Shown in pieces: positions 26,787 through 42,400 of a stretch of 64,000 nt of DNA. The notes below the pieces were generated by a model. The model saw only the letters and a list, made by a program, of their open reading frames with translations. It searched no databases and had not been told where the DNA came from. A program made the translations under genes and the position numbers. The stretch lies in NCBI GenBank assembly GCA_964016885.1, contig CAXHJY010001175.1:1-64000 (forward strand), in the 5' to 3' direction. Position 1 is the first letter of the stretch. Every line of letters begins with the position of its first letter. The DNA is from Eledone cirrhosa (lineage: Eukaryota).

Positions 26787-29700
26787 CGAAGCACACCATT
26801 CGCCGGCGGACTTTGTTGACGTTTAACACGGTTTGGTTCCACAGCCACAACTATTGAATTCACGGAGATATCTTGCTGAAATTCACGCCACACATAGCCA
26901 ATGAGTGTCTGCACATGTACCAGTAATTACAGATCGATCCGACCACGGGCGGCCGGCCCGCGATTGAAAAGGTAACTCCGCCGGCAAATCGTCATTTTTG
27001 GATTCGTTTTCTTCGAAGCACACCATTCGCCGGCGGACTTTGTTGACGTTTAACACGGTTTGGTTCCACAGCCACAACTATTGATTTTACGGAGATATCT
27101 TGCTGAAATTCACGCCGCACATAGCCAATGAGTGTCTGCACATGTACCAGTAATTACAGATCGATCTGACCACGGGCGGCCGGCCCGCGATTGAAAAGGT
27201 AACTCCGCCGGCAAATCGTCATTTTTGGATTCGTTTTCTTCGAAGCACACCATTCGCCGGCGGACTTTGTTGACGTTTAACACGGTTTGGTTCCACAGCC
27301 ACAACTATTGATTTTACGGAGATATCTTGCTGAAATTCACGCCGCACATAGCCAATGAGTGTCTGCACATGTACCAGTAATTACAGATCTATCCGACCAC
27401 GGGCGGCCGGCCCGCGATTGAAAAGGTAACTCCGCCGGCAAATCGTCATTTTTGGATTCGTTTTCTTCGAAGCACACCATTCGCCGGCGGACTTTGTTGA
27501 CGTTTAACACGGTTTGGTTCCACAGCCACAACTATTGATTTTACGGAGATATCTTGCTGAAATTCACGCCGCACATAGCCAATGAGTGTCTGCACATGTA
27601 CCAGTAATTACAGATCGATCCGACCACGGGCGGCCGGTCCGCGATTGAAAAGGTAACTCCGCCGGCAAATCGTCATTTTTGGATTCGTTTTCTTCGAAGC
27701 ACACCATTCGCCGGCGGACTTTGTTGACGTTTAACACGGTTTGGTTCCACAGCCACAACTATTGAATTCACGGAGATATCTTGCTGAAATTCACGCCACA
27801 CATAGCCAATGAGTGTCTGCACATGTACCAGTAATTACAGATCGATCCGACCACGGGCGGCCGGCCCGCGATTGAAAAGGTAACTCCGCCGGCAAATCGT
27901 CATTTTTGGATTCGTTTTCTTCGAAGCACACCATTCGCCGGCGGACTTTGTTGACGTTTAACACGGTTTGGTTCCACAGCCACAACTATTGATTTTACGG
28001 AGATATCTTGCTGAAATTCACGCCGCACATAGCCAATGAGTGTCTGCACATGTACCAGTAATTACAGATCGATCCGACCACGGGCGGCCGGCCCGCGATT
28101 GAAAAGGTAACTCCGCCGGCAAATCGTCATTTTTGGATTCGTTTTCTTCGAAGCACACCATTCGCCGGCGGACATTGTTGACGTTTAACACGGTTTGGTT
28201 CCACAGCCACAACTATTGATTTTACGGAGATATCTTGCTGAAATTCACGCCACACATAGCCAATGAGTGTCTGCACATGTACCAGTAATTACAGATCGAT
28301 CCGACCACGGGCGGCCGGCCCGCGATTGAAAAGGTAACTCCGCCGGCAAATCGTCATTTTTGGATTCGTTTTCTTCGAAGCACACCATTCGCCGGCGGAC
28401 TTTGTTGACGTTTAACACGGTTTGGTTCCACAGCCACAACTATTGAATTCACGGAGATATCTTGCTGAAATTCACGCCACACATAGCCAATGAGTGTCTG
28501 CACATGTACCAGTAATTACAGATCGATCCGACCACGGGCGGCCGGCCCGCGATTGAAAAGGTAACTCCGCCGGCAAATCGTCATTTTTGGATTCGTTTTC
28601 TTCGAAGCACACCATTCGCCGGCGGACATTGTTGACGTTTAACACGGTTTGGTTCCACAGCCACAACTATTGATTTTACGGAGATATCTTGCTGAAATTC
28701 ACGCCACACATAGCCAATGAGTGTCTGCACATGTACCAGTAATTACAGATCGATCCGACCACGGGCGGCCGGCCCGCGATTGAAAAGGTAACTCCGCCGG
28801 CAAATCGTCATTTTTGGATTCGTTTTCTTCGAAGCACACCATTCGCCGGCGGACTTTGTTGACGTTTAACACGGTTTGGTTCCACAGCCACAACTATTGA
28901 ATTTACGGAGATATCTTGCTGAAATTCACGCCACACATAGCCAATGAGTGTCTGCACATGTACCAGTAATTACAGATCGATCCGACCACGGGCGGCCGGC
29001 CCGCGATTGAAAAGGTAACTCCGCCGGCAAATCGTCATTTTTGGATTCGTTTTCTTCGAAGCACACCATTCGCCGGCGGACTTTGTTGACGTTTAACACG
29101 GTTTGGTTCCACAGCCACAACTATTGATTTTATGGAGATATCTTGCTGAAATTCACGCCGCACATAGCCAATGAGTGTCTGCACATGTACCAGTAATTAC
29201 AGATCGATCCGACCACGGGCGGCCGGTCCGCGATTGAAAAGGTAACTCCGCCGGCAAATCGTCATTTTTGGATTCGTTTTCTTCGAAGCACACCATTCGC
29301 CGGCGGACTTTGTTGACGTTTAACACGGTTTGGTTCCACAGCCACAACTATTGAATTCACGGAGATATCTTGCTGAAATTCACGCCACACATAGCCAATG
29401 AGTGTCTGCACATGTACCAGTAATTACAGATCGATCCGACCACGGGCGGCCGGCCCGCGATTAAAAAGGTAACTCCGCCGGCAAATCGTCATTTTTGGAT
29501 TCGTTTTCTTCGAAGCACACCATTCGCCGGCGGACTTTGTTGACGTTTAACACGGTTTGGTTCCACAGCCACAACTATTGAATTTACGGAGATATCTTGC
29601 TGAAATTCACGCCACACATAGCCAATGAGTGTCTGCACATGTACCAGTAATTACAGATCGATCTGACCACGGGCGGCCGGCCCGCGATTGAAAAGGTAAC

Positions 29701-30418
29701 TCCGCCGGCAAATCGTCATTTTTGGATTCGTTTTCTTCGAAGCACACCATTCGCCGGCGGACTTTGTTGACGTTTAACACGGTTTGGTTCCACAGCCACA
29801 ACTATTGATTTTACGGAGATATCTTGCTGAAATTCACGCCGCACATAGCCAATGAGTGTCTGCACATGTACCAGTAATTACAGATCGATCCGACCACGGG
29901 CGGCCGGCCCGCGATTGAAAAGGTAACTCCGCCGGCAAATCGTCATTTTTGGATTCGTTTTCTTCGAAGCACACCATTCGCCGGCGGACTTTGTTGACGT
30001 TTAACACGGTTTGGTTCCACAGCCACAACTATTGATTTTACGGAGATATCTTGCTGAAATTCACGCCGCACATAGCCAATGAGTGTCTGCACATGTACCA
30101 GTAATTACAGATCGATCCGACCACGGGCGGCCGGCCCGCGATTGAAAAGGTAACTCCGCCGGCAAATCGTCATTTTTGGATTCGTTTTCTTCGAAGCACA
30201 CCATTCGCCGGCGGACATTGTTGACGTTTAACACGGTTTGGTTCCACAGCCACAACTATTGATTTTACGGAGATATCTTGCTGAAATTCACGCCACACAT
30301 AGCCAATGAGTGTCTGCACATGTACCAGTAATTACAGATCGATCCGACCACGGGCGGCCGGCCCGCGATTGAAAAGGTAACTCCGCCGGCAAATCGTCAT
30401 TTTTGGATTCGTTTTCTT

Positions 30419-33400
30419 CGAAGCACACCATTCGCCGGCGGACTTTGTTGACGTTTAACACGGTTTGGTTCCACAGCCACAACTATTGAATTCACGGAGA
30501 TATCTTGCTGAAATTCACGCCACACATAGCCAATGAGTGTCTGCACATGTACCAGTAATTACAGATCGATCCGAGCACGGGCGGCCGGCCCGCGATTGAA
30601 AAGGTAACTCCGCCGGCAAATCGTCATTTTTGGATTCGTTTTCTTCGAAGCACACCATTCGCCGGCGGACATTGTTGACGTTTAACACGGTTTGGTTCCA
30701 CAGCCACAACTATTGATTTTACGGAGATATCTTGCTGAAATTCACGCCACACATAGCCAATGAGTGTCTGCACATGTACCAGTAATTACAGATCGATCCG
30801 ACCACGGGCGGCCGGCCCGCGATTGAAAAGGTAACTCCGCCGGCAAATCGTCATTTTTGGATTCGTTTTCTTCGAAGCACACCATTCGCCGGCGGACTTT
30901 GTTGACGTTTAACACGGTTTGGTTCCACAGCCACAACTATTGAATTTACGGAGATATCTTGCTGAAATTCACGCCACACATAGCCAATGAGTGTCTGCAC
31001 ATGTACCAGTAATTACAGATCGATCCGACCACGGGCGGCCGGCCCGCGATTGAAAAGGTAACTCCGCCGGCAAATCGTCATTTTTGGATTCGTTTTCTTC
31101 GAAGCACACCATTCGCCGGCGGACTTTGTTGACGTTTAACACGGTTTGGTTCCACAGCCACAACTATTGATTTTATGGAGATATCTTGCTGAAATTCACG
31201 CCGCACATAGCCAATGAGTGTCTGCACATGTACCAGTAATTACAGATCGATCCGACCACGGGCGGCCGGTCCGCGATTGAAAAGGTAACTCCGCCGGCAA
31301 ATCGTCATTTTTGGATTCGTTTTCTTCGAAGCACACCATTCGCCGGCGGACTTTGTTGACGTTTAACACGGTTTGGTTCCACAGCCACAACTATTGAATT
31401 CACGGAGATATCTTGCTGAAATTCACGCCACACATAGCCAATGAGTGTCTGCACATGTACCAGTAATTACAGATCGATCCGACCACGGGCGGCCGGCCCG
31501 CGATTGAAAAGGTAACTCCGCCGGCAAATCGTCATTTTTGGATTCGTTTTCTTCGAAGCACACCATTCGCCGGCGGACTTTGTTGACGTTTAACACGGTT
31601 TGGTTCCACAGCCACAACTATTGATTTTACGGAGATATCTTGCTGAAATTCACGCCGCACATAGCCAATGAGTGTCTGCACATGTACCAGTAATTACAGA
31701 TCGATCTGACCACGGGCGGCCGGCCCGCGATTGAAAAGGTAACTCCGCCGGCAAATCGTCATTTTTGGATTCGTTTTCTTCGAAGCACACCATTCGCCGG
31801 CGGACTTTGTTGACGTTTAACACGGTTTGGTTCCACAGCCACAACTATTGATTTTACGGAGATATCTTGCTGAAATTCACGCCGCACATAGCCAATGAGT
31901 GTCTGCACATGTACCAGTAATTACAGATCTATCCGACCACGGGCGGCCGGCCCGCGATTGAAAAGGTAACTCCGCCGGCAAATCGTCATTTTTGGATTCG
32001 TTTTCTTCGAAGCACACCATTCGCCGGCGGACTTTGTTGACGTTTAACACGGTTTGGTTCCACAGCCACAACTATTGATTTTACGGAGATATCTTGCTGA
32101 AATTCACGCCGCACATAGCCAATGAGTGTCTGCACATGTACCAGTAATTACAGATCGATCCGACCACGGGCGGCCGGTCCGCGATTGAAAAGGTAACTCC
32201 GCCGGCAAATCGTCATTTTTGGATTCGTTTTCTTCGAAGCACACCATTCGCCGGCGGACTTTGTTGACGTTTAACACGGTTTGGTTCCACAGCCACAACT
32301 ATTGAATTCACGGAGATATCTTGCTGAAATTCACGCCACACATAGCCAATGAGTGTCTGCACATGTACCAGTAATTACAGATCGATCCGACCACGGGCGG
32401 CCGGCCCGCGATTGAAAAGGTAACTCCGCCGGCAAATCGTCATTTTTGGATTCGTTTTCTTCGAAGCACACCATTCGCCGGCGGACTTTGTTGACGTTTA
32501 ACACGGTTTGGTTCCACAGCCACAACTATTGATTTTACGGAGATATCTTGCTGAAATTCACGCCGCACATAGCCAATGAGTGTCTGCACATGTACCAGTA
32601 ATTACAGATCGATCCGACCACGGGCGGCCGGCCCGCGATTGAAAAGGTAACTCCGCCGGCAAATCGTCATTTTTGGATTCGTTTTCTTCGAAGCACACCA
32701 TTCGCCGGCGGACTTTGTTGACGTTTAACACGGTTTGGTTCCACAGCCACAACTATTGATTTTATGGAGATATCTTGCTGAAATTCACGCCGCACATAGC
32801 CAATGAGTGTCTGCACATGTACCAGTAATTACAGATCGATCCGACCACGGGCGGTCGGTCCGCGATTGAAAAGGTAACTCCGCCGGCAAATCGTCATTTT
32901 TGGATTCGTTTTCTTCGAAGCACACCATTCGCCGGCGGACTTTGTTGACGTTTAACACGGTTTGGTTCCACAGCCACAACTATTGAATTCACGGAGATAT
33001 CTTGCTGAAATTCACGCCACACATAGCCAATGAGTGTCTGCACATGTACCAGTAATTACAGATCGATCCGACCACGGGCGGCCGGCCCGCGATTGAAAAG
33101 GTAACTCCGCCGGCAAATCGTCATTTTTGGATTCGTTTTCTTCGAAGCACACCATTCGCCGGCGGACTTTGTTGACGTTTAACACGGTTTGGTTCCACAG
33201 CCACAACTATTGATTTTACGGAGATATCTTGCTGAAATTCACGCCGCACATAGCCAATGAGTGTCTGCACATGTACCAGTAATTACAGATCGATCTGACC
33301 ACGGGCGGCCGGCCCGCGATTGAAAAGGTAACTCCGCCGGCAAATCGTCATTTTTGGATTCGTTTTCTTCGAAGCACACCATTCGCCGGCGGACTTTGTT

Positions 33401-36400
33401 GACGTTTAACACGGTTTGGTTCCACAGCCACAACTATTGATTTTACGGAGATATCTTGCTGAAATTCACGCCGCACATAGCCAATGAGTGTCTGCACATG
33501 TACCAGTAATTACAGATCTATCCGACCACGGGCGGCCGGCCCGCGATTGAAAAGGTAACTCCGCCGGCAAATCGTCATTTTTGGATTCGTTTTCTTCGAA
33601 GCACACCATTCGCCGGCGGACTTTGTTGACGTTTAACACGGTTTGGTTCCACAGCCACAACTATTGATTTTACGGAGATATCTTGCTGAAATTCACGCCG
33701 CACATAGCCAATGAGTGTCTGCACATGTACCAGTAATTACAGATCGATCCGACCACGGGCGGCCGGTCCGCGATTGAAAAGGTAACTCCGCCGGCAAATC
33801 GTCATTTTTGGATTCGTTTTCTTCGAAGCACACCATTCGCCGGCGGACTTTGTTGACGTTTAACACGGTTTGGTTCCACAGCCACAACTATTGAATTCAC
33901 GGAGATATCTTGCTGAAATTCACGCCACACATAGCCAATGAGTGTCTGCACATGTACCAGCAATTACAGATCGATCCGACCACGGGCGGCCGGCCCGCGA
34001 TTGAAAAGGTAACTCCGCCGGCAAATCGTCATTTTTGGATTCGTTTTCTTCGAAGCACACCATTCGCCGGCGGACTTTGTTGACGTTTAACACGGTTTGG
34101 TTCCACAGCCACAACTATTGATTTTACGGAGATATCTTGCTGAAATTCACGCCGCACATAGCCAATGAGTGTCTGCACATGTACCAGTAATTACAGATCG
34201 ATCCGACCACGGGCGGCCGGCCCGCGATTGAAAAGGTAACTCCGCCGGCAAATCGTCATTTTTGGATTCGTTTTCTTCGAAGCACACCATTCGCCGGCGG
34301 ACTTTGTTGACGTTTAACACGGTTTGGTTCCACAGCCACAACTATTGATTTTACGGAGATATCTTGCTGAAATTCACGCCGCACATAGCCAATGGGTGTC
34401 TGCACATGTACCAGTAATTACAGATCGATCCGACCACGGGCGGCCGGCCCGCGATTGAAAAGGTAACTCCGCCGGCAAATCGTCATTTTTGGATTCGTTT
34501 TCTTCGAAGCACACCATTCGCCGGCGGACTTTGTTGACGTTTAACACGGTTTGGTTCCACAGCCACAACTATTGATTTTATGGAGATATCTTGCTGAAAT
34601 TCACGCCGCACATAGCCAATGAGTGTCTGCACATGTACCAGTAATTACAGATCGATCCGACCACGGGCGGCCGGTCCGCGATTGAAAAGGTAACTCCGCC
34701 GGCAAATCGTCATTTTTGGATTCGTTTTCTTCGAAGCACACCATTCGCCGGCGGACTTTGTTGACGTTTAACACGGTTTGGTTCCACAGCCACAACTATT
34801 GAATTCACGGAGATATCTTGCTGAAATTCACGCCACACATAGCCAATGAGTGTCTGCACATGTACCAGTAATTACAGATCGATCCGACCACGGGCGGCCG
34901 GCCCGCGATTGAAAAGGTAACTCCGCCGGCAAATCGTCATTTTTGGATTCGTTTTCTTCGAAGCACACCATTCGCCGGCGGACTTTGTTGACGTTTAACA
35001 CGGTTTGGTTCCACAGCCACAACTATTGATTTTACGGAGATATCTTGCTGAAATTCACGCCGCACATAGCCAATGAGTGTCTGCACATGTACCAGTAATT
35101 ACAGATCGATCTGACCACGGGCGGCCGGCCCGCGATTGAAAAGGTAACTCCGCCGGCAAATCGTCATTTTTGGATTCGTTTTCTTCGAAGCACACCATTC
35201 GCCGGCGGACTTTGTTGACGTTTAACACGGTTTGGTTCCACAGCCACAACTATTGATTTTACGGAGATATCTTGCTGAAATTCACGCCGCACATAGCCAA
35301 TGAGTGTCTGCACATGTACCAGTAATTACAGATCTATCCGACCACGGGCGGCCGGCCCGCGATTGAAAAGGTAACTCCGCCGGCAAATCGTCATTTTTGG
35401 ATTCGTTTTCTTCGAAGCACACCATTCGCCGGCGGACTTTGTTGACGTTTAACACGGTTTGGTTCCACAGCCACAACTATTGAATTCACGGAGATATCTT
35501 GCTGAAATTCACGCCACACATAGCCAATGAGTGTCTGCACATGTACCAGTAATTACAGATCGATCCGAGCACGGGCGGCCGGCCCGCGATTGAAAAGGTA
35601 ACTCCGCCGGCAAATCGTCATTTTTGGATTCGTTTTCTTCGAAGCACACCATTCGCCGGCGGACATTGTTGACGTTTAACACGGTTTGGTTCCACAGCCA
35701 CAACTATTGATTTTACGGAGATATCTTGCTGAAATTCACGCCACACATAGCCAATGAGTGTCTGCACATGTACCAGTAATTACAGATCGATCCGACCACG
35801 GGCGGCCGGCCCGCGATTGAAAAGGTAACTCCGCCGGCAAATCGTCATTTTTGGATTCGTTTTCTTCGAAGCACACCATTCGCCGGCGGACTTTGTTGAC
35901 GTTTAACACGGTTTGGTTCCACAGCCACAACTATTGAATTTACGGAGATATCTTGCTGAAATTCACGCCACACATAGCCAATGAGTGTCTGCACATGTAC
36001 CAGTAATTACAGATCGATCCGACCACGGGCGGCCGGCCCGCGATTGAAAAGGTAACTCCGCCGGCAAATCGTCATTTTTGGATTCGTTTTCTTCGAAGCA
36101 CACCATTCGCCGGCGGACTTTGTTGACGTTTAACACGGTTTGGTTCCACAGCCACAACTATTGATTTTACGGAGATATCTTGCTGAAATTCACGCCGCAC
36201 ATAGCCAATGAGTGTCTGCACATGTACCAGTAATTACAGATCGATCCGACCACGGGCGGCCGGCCCGCGATTGAAAAGGTAACTCCGCCGGCAAATCGTC
36301 ATTTTTGGATTCGTTTTCTTCGAAGCACACCATTCGCCGGCGGACTTTGTTGACGTTTAACACGGTTTGGTTCCACAGCCACAACTATTGATTTTATGGA

Positions 36401-39400
36401 GATATCTTGCTGAAATTCACGCCGCACATAGCCAATGAGTGTCTGCACATGTACCAGTAATTACAGATCGATCCGACCACGGGCGGTCGGTCCGCGATTG
36501 AAAAGGTAACTCCGCCGGCAAATCGTCATTTTTGGATTCGTTTTCTTCGAAGCACACCATTCGCCGGCGGACTTTGTTGACGTTTAACACGGTTTGGTTC
36601 CACAGCCACAACTATTGAATTCACGGAGATATCTTGCTGAAATTCACGCCACACATAGCCAATGAGTGTCTGCACATGTACCAGTAATTACAGATCGATC
36701 CGACCACGGGCGGCCGGCCCGCGATTGAAAAGGTAACTCCGCCGGCAAATCGTCATTTTTGGATTCGTTTTCTTCGAAGCACACCATTCGCCGGCGGACT
36801 TTGTTGACGTTTAACACGGTTTGGTTCCACAGCCACAACTATTGATTTTACGGAGATATCTTGCTGAAATTCACGCCGCACATAGCCAATGAGTGTCTGC
36901 ACATGTACCAGTAATTACAGATCGATCTGACCACGGGCGGCCGGCCCGCGATTGAAAAGGTAACTCCGCCGGCAAATCGTCATTTTTGGATTCGTTTTCT
37001 TCGAAGCACACCATTCGCCGGCGGACTTTGTTGACGTTTAACACGGTTTGGTTCCACAGCCACAACTATTGATTTTACGGAGATATCTTGCTGAAATTCA
37101 CGCCGCACATAGCCAATGAGTGTCTGCACATGTACCAGTAATTACAGATCTATCCGACCACGGGCGGCCGGCCCGCGATTGAAAAGGTAACTCCGCCGGC
37201 AAATCGTCATTTTTGGATTCGTTTTCTTCGAAGCACACCATTCGCCGGCGGACTTTGTTGACGTTTAACACGGTTTGGTTCCACAGCCACAACTATTGAT
37301 TTTACGGAGATATCTTGCTGAAATTCACGCCGCACATAGCCAATGAGTGTCTGCACATGTACCAGTAATTACAGATCGATCCGACCACGGGCGGTCGGTC
37401 CGCGATTGAAAAGGTAACTCCGCCGGCAAATCGTCATTTTTGGATTCGTTTTCTTCGAAGCACACCATTCGCCGGCGGACTTTGTTGACGTTTAACACGG
37501 TTTGGTTCCACAGCCACAACTATTGAATTCACGGAGATATCTTGCTGAAATTCACGCCACACATAGCCAATGAGTGTCTGCACATGTACCAGTAATTACA
37601 GATCGATCCGACCACGGGCGGCCGGCCCGCGATTGAAAAGGTAACTCCGCCGGCAAATCGTCATTTTTGGATTCGTTTTCTTCGAAGCACACCATTCGCC
37701 GGCGGACTTTGTTGACGTTTAACACGGTTTGGTTCCACAGCCACAACTATTGATTTTACGGAGATATCTTGCTGAAATTCACGCCGCACATAGCCAATGA
37801 GTGTCTGCACATGTACCAGTAATTACAGATCGATCTGACCACGGGCGGCCGGCCCGCGATTGAAAAGGTAACTCCGCCGGCAAATCGTCATTTTTGGATT
37901 CGTTTTCTTCGAAGCACACCATTCGCCGGCGGACTTTGTTGACGTTTAACACGGTTTGGTTCCACAGCCACAACTATTGATTTTACGGAGATATCTTGCT
38001 GAAATTCACGCCGCACATAGCCAATGAGTGTCTGCACATGTACCAGTAATTACAGATCTATCCGACCACGGGCGGCCGGCCCGCGATTGAAAAGGTAACT
38101 CCGCCGGCAAATCGTCATTTTTGGATTCGTTTTCTTCGAAGCACACCATTCGCCGGCGGACTTTGTTGACGTTTAACACGGTTTGGTTCCACAGCCACAA
38201 CTATTGATTTTACGGAGATATCTTGCTGAAATTCACGCCGCACATAGCCAATGAGTGTCTGCACATGTACCAGTAATTACAGATCGATCCGACCACGGGC
38301 GGCCGGTCCGCGATTGAAAAGGTAACTCCGCCGGCAAATCGTCATTTTTGGATTCGTTTTCTTCGAAGCACACCATTCGCCGGCGGACTTTGTTGACGTT
38401 TAACACGGTTTGGTTCCACAGCCACAACTATTGAATTCACGGAGATATCTTGCTGAAATTCACGCCACACATAGCCAATGAGTGTCTGCACATGTACCAG
38501 CAATTACAGATCGATCCGACCACGGGCGGCCGGCCCGCGATTGAAAAGGTAACTCCGCCGGCAAATCGTCATTTTTGGATTCGTTTTCTTCGAAGCACAC
38601 CATTCGCCGGCGGACTTTGTTGACGTTTAACACGGTTTGGTTCCACAGCCACAACTATTGATTTTACGGAGATATCTTGCTGAAATTCACGCCGCACATA
38701 GCCAATGAGTGTCTGCACATGTACCAGTAATTACAGATCGATCCGACCACGGGCGGCCGGCCCGCGATTGAAAAGGTAACTCCGCCGGCAAATCGTCATT
38801 TTTGGATTCGTTTTCTTCGAAGCACACCATTCGCCGGCGGACTTTGTTGACGTTTAACACGGTTTGGTTCCACAGCCACAACTATTGATTTTACGGAGAT
38901 ATCTTGCTGAAATTCACGCCGCACATAGCCAATGGGTGTCTGCACATGTACCAGTAATTACAGATCGATCCGACCACGGGCGGCCGGCCCGCGATTGAAA
39001 AGGTAACTCCGCCGGCAAATCGTCATTTTTGGATTCGTTTTCTTCGAAGCACACCATTCGCCGGCGGACTTTGTTGACGTTTAACACGGTTTGGTTCCAC
39101 AGCCACAACTATTGATTTTATGGAGATATCTTGCTGAAATTCACGCCGCACATAGCCAATGAGTGTCTGCACATGTACCAGTAATTACAGATCGATCCGA
39201 CCACGGGCGGCCGGTCCGCGATTGAAAAGGTAACTCCGCCGGCAAATCGTCATTTTTGGATTCGTTTTCTTCGAAGCACACCATTCGCCGGCGGACTTTG
39301 TTGACGTTTAACACGGTTTGGTTCCACAGCCACAACTATTGAATTCACGGAGATATCTTGCTGAAATTCACGCCACACATAGCCAATGAGTGTCTGCACA

Positions 39401-42400
39401 TGTACCAGTAATTACAGATCGATCCGACCACGGGCGGCCGGCCCGCGATTGAAAAGGTAACTCCGCCGGCAAATCGTCATTTTTGGATTCGTTTTCTTCG
39501 AAGCACACCATTCGCCGGCGGACTTTGTTGACGTTTAACACGGTTTGGTTCCACAGCCACAACTATTGATTTTACGGAGATATCTTGCTGAAATTCACGC
39601 CGCACATAGCCAATGAGTGTCTGCACATGTACCAGTAATTACAGATCGATCTGACCACGGGCGGCCGGCCCGCGATTGAAAAGGTAACTCCGCCGGCAAA
39701 TCGTCATTTTTGGATTCGTTTTCTTCGAAGCACACCATTCGCCGGCGGACTTTGTTGACGTTTAACACGGTTTGGTTCCACAGCCACAACTATTGATTTT
39801 ACGGAGATATCTTGCTGAAATTCACGCCGCACATAGCCAATGAGTGTCTGCACATGTACCAGTAATTACAGATCTATCCGACCACGGGCGGCCGGCCCGC
39901 GATTGAAAAGGTAACTCCGCCGGCAAATCGTCATTTTTGGATTCGTTTTCTTCGAAGCACACCATTCGCCGGCGGACTTTGTTGACGTTTAACACGGTTT
40001 GGTTCCACAGCCACAACTATTGAATTCACGGAGATATCTTGCTGAAATTCACGCCACACATAGCCAATGAGTGTCTGCACATGTACCAGTAATTACAGAT
40101 CGATCCGAGCACGGGCGGCCGGCCCGCGATTGAAAAGGTAACTCCGCCGGCAAATCGTCATTTTTGGATTCGTTTTCTTCGAAGCACACCATTCGCCGGC
40201 GGACATTGTTGACGTTTAACACGGTTTGGTTCCACAGCCACAACTATTGATTTTACGGAGATATCTTGCTGAAATTCACGCCACACATAGCCAATGAGTG
40301 TCTGCACATGTACCAGTAATTACAGATCGATCCGACCACGGGCGGCCGGCCCGCGATTGAAAAGGTAACTCCGCCGGCAAATCGTCATTTTTGGATTCGT
40401 TTTCTTCGAAGCACACCATTCGCCGGCGGACTTTGTTGACGTTTAACACGGTTTGGTTCCACAGCCACAACTATTGAATTTACGGAGATATCTTGCTGAA
40501 ATTCACGCCACACATAGCCAATGAGTGTCTGCACATGTACCAGTAATTACAGATCGATCCGACCACGGGCGGCCGGCCCGCGATTGAAAAGGTAACTCCG
40601 CCGGCAAATCGTCATTTTTGGATTCGTTTTCTTCGAAGCACACCATTCGCCGGCGGACTTTGTTGACGTTTAACACGGTTTGGTTCCACAGCCACAACTA
40701 TTGATTTTATGGAGATATCTTGCTGAAATTCACGCCGCACATAGCCAATGAGTGTCTGCACATGTACCAGTAATTACAGATCGATCCGACCACGGGCGGC
40801 CGGTCCGCGATTGAAAAGGTAACTCCGCCGGCAAATCGTCATTTTTGGATTCGTTTTCTTCGAAGCACACCATTCGCCGGCGGACTTTGTTGACGTTTAA
40901 CACGGTTTGGTTCCACAGCCACAACTATTGAATTCACGGAGATATCTTGCTGAAATTCACGCCACACATAGCCAATGAGTGTCTGCACATGTACCAGTAA
41001 TTACAGATCGATCCGACCACGGGCGGCCGGCCCGCGATTGAAAAGGTAACTCCGCCGGCAAATCGTCATTTTTGGATTCGTTTTCTTCGAAGCACACCAT
41101 TCGCCGGCGGACTTTGTTGACGTTTAACACGGTTTGGTTCCACAGCCACAACTATTGATTTTACGGAGATATCTTGCTGAAATTCACGCCACACATAGCC
41201 AATGAGTGTCTGCACATGTACCAGTAATTACAGATCGATCCGACCACGGGCGGCCGGCCCGCGATTGAAAAGGTAACTCCGCCGGCAAATCGTCATTTTT
41301 GGATTCGTTTTCTTCGAAGCACACCATTCGCCGGCGGACTTTGTTGACGTTTAACACGGTTTGGTTCCACAGCCACAACTATTGAATTTACGGAGATATC
41401 TTGCTGAAATTCACGCCACACATAGCCAATGAGTGTCTGCACATGTACCAGTAATTACAGATCGATCCGACCACGGGCGGCCGGCCCGCGATTGAAAAGG
41501 TAACTCCGCCGGCAAATCGTCATTTTTGGATTCGTTTTCTTCGAAGCACACCATTCGCCGGCGGACTTTGTTGACGTTTAACACGGTTTGGTTCCACAGC
41601 CACAACTATTGATTTTATGGAGATATCTTGCTGAAATTCACGCCGCACATAGCCAATGAGTGTCTGCACATGTACCAGTAATTACAGATCGATCCGACCA
41701 CGGGCGGCCGGTCCGCGATTGAAAAGGTAACTCCGCCGGCAAATCGTCATTTTTGGATTCGTTTTCTTCGAAGCACACCATTCGCCGGCGGACTTTGTTG
41801 ACGTTTAACACGGTTTGGTTCCACAGCCACAACTATTGAATTCACGGAGATATCTTGCTGAAATTCACGCCACACATAGCCAATGAGTGTCTGCACATGT
41901 ACCAGTAATTACAGATCGATCCGACCACGGGCGGCCGGCCCGCGATTGAAAAGGTAACTCCGCCGGCAAATCGTCATTTTTGGATTCGTTTTCTTCGAAG
42001 CACACCATTCGCCGGCGGACTTTGTTGACGTTTAACACGGTTTGGTTCCACAGCCACAACTATTGATTTTACGGAGATATCTTGCTGAAATTCACGCCGC
42101 ACATAGCCAATGAGTGTCTGCACATGTACCAGTAATTACAGATCGATCTGACCACGGGCGGCCGGCCCGCGATTGAAAAGGTAACTCCGCCGGCAAATCG
42201 TCATTTTTGGATTCGTTTTCTTCGAAGCACACCATTCGCCGGCGGACTTTGTTGACGTTTAACACGGTTTGGTTCCACAGCCACAACTATTGATTTTACG
42301 GAGATATCTTGCTGAAATTCACGCCGCACATAGCCAATGAGTGTCTGCACATGTACCAGTAATTACAGATCTATCCGACCACGGGCGGCCGGCCCGCGAT

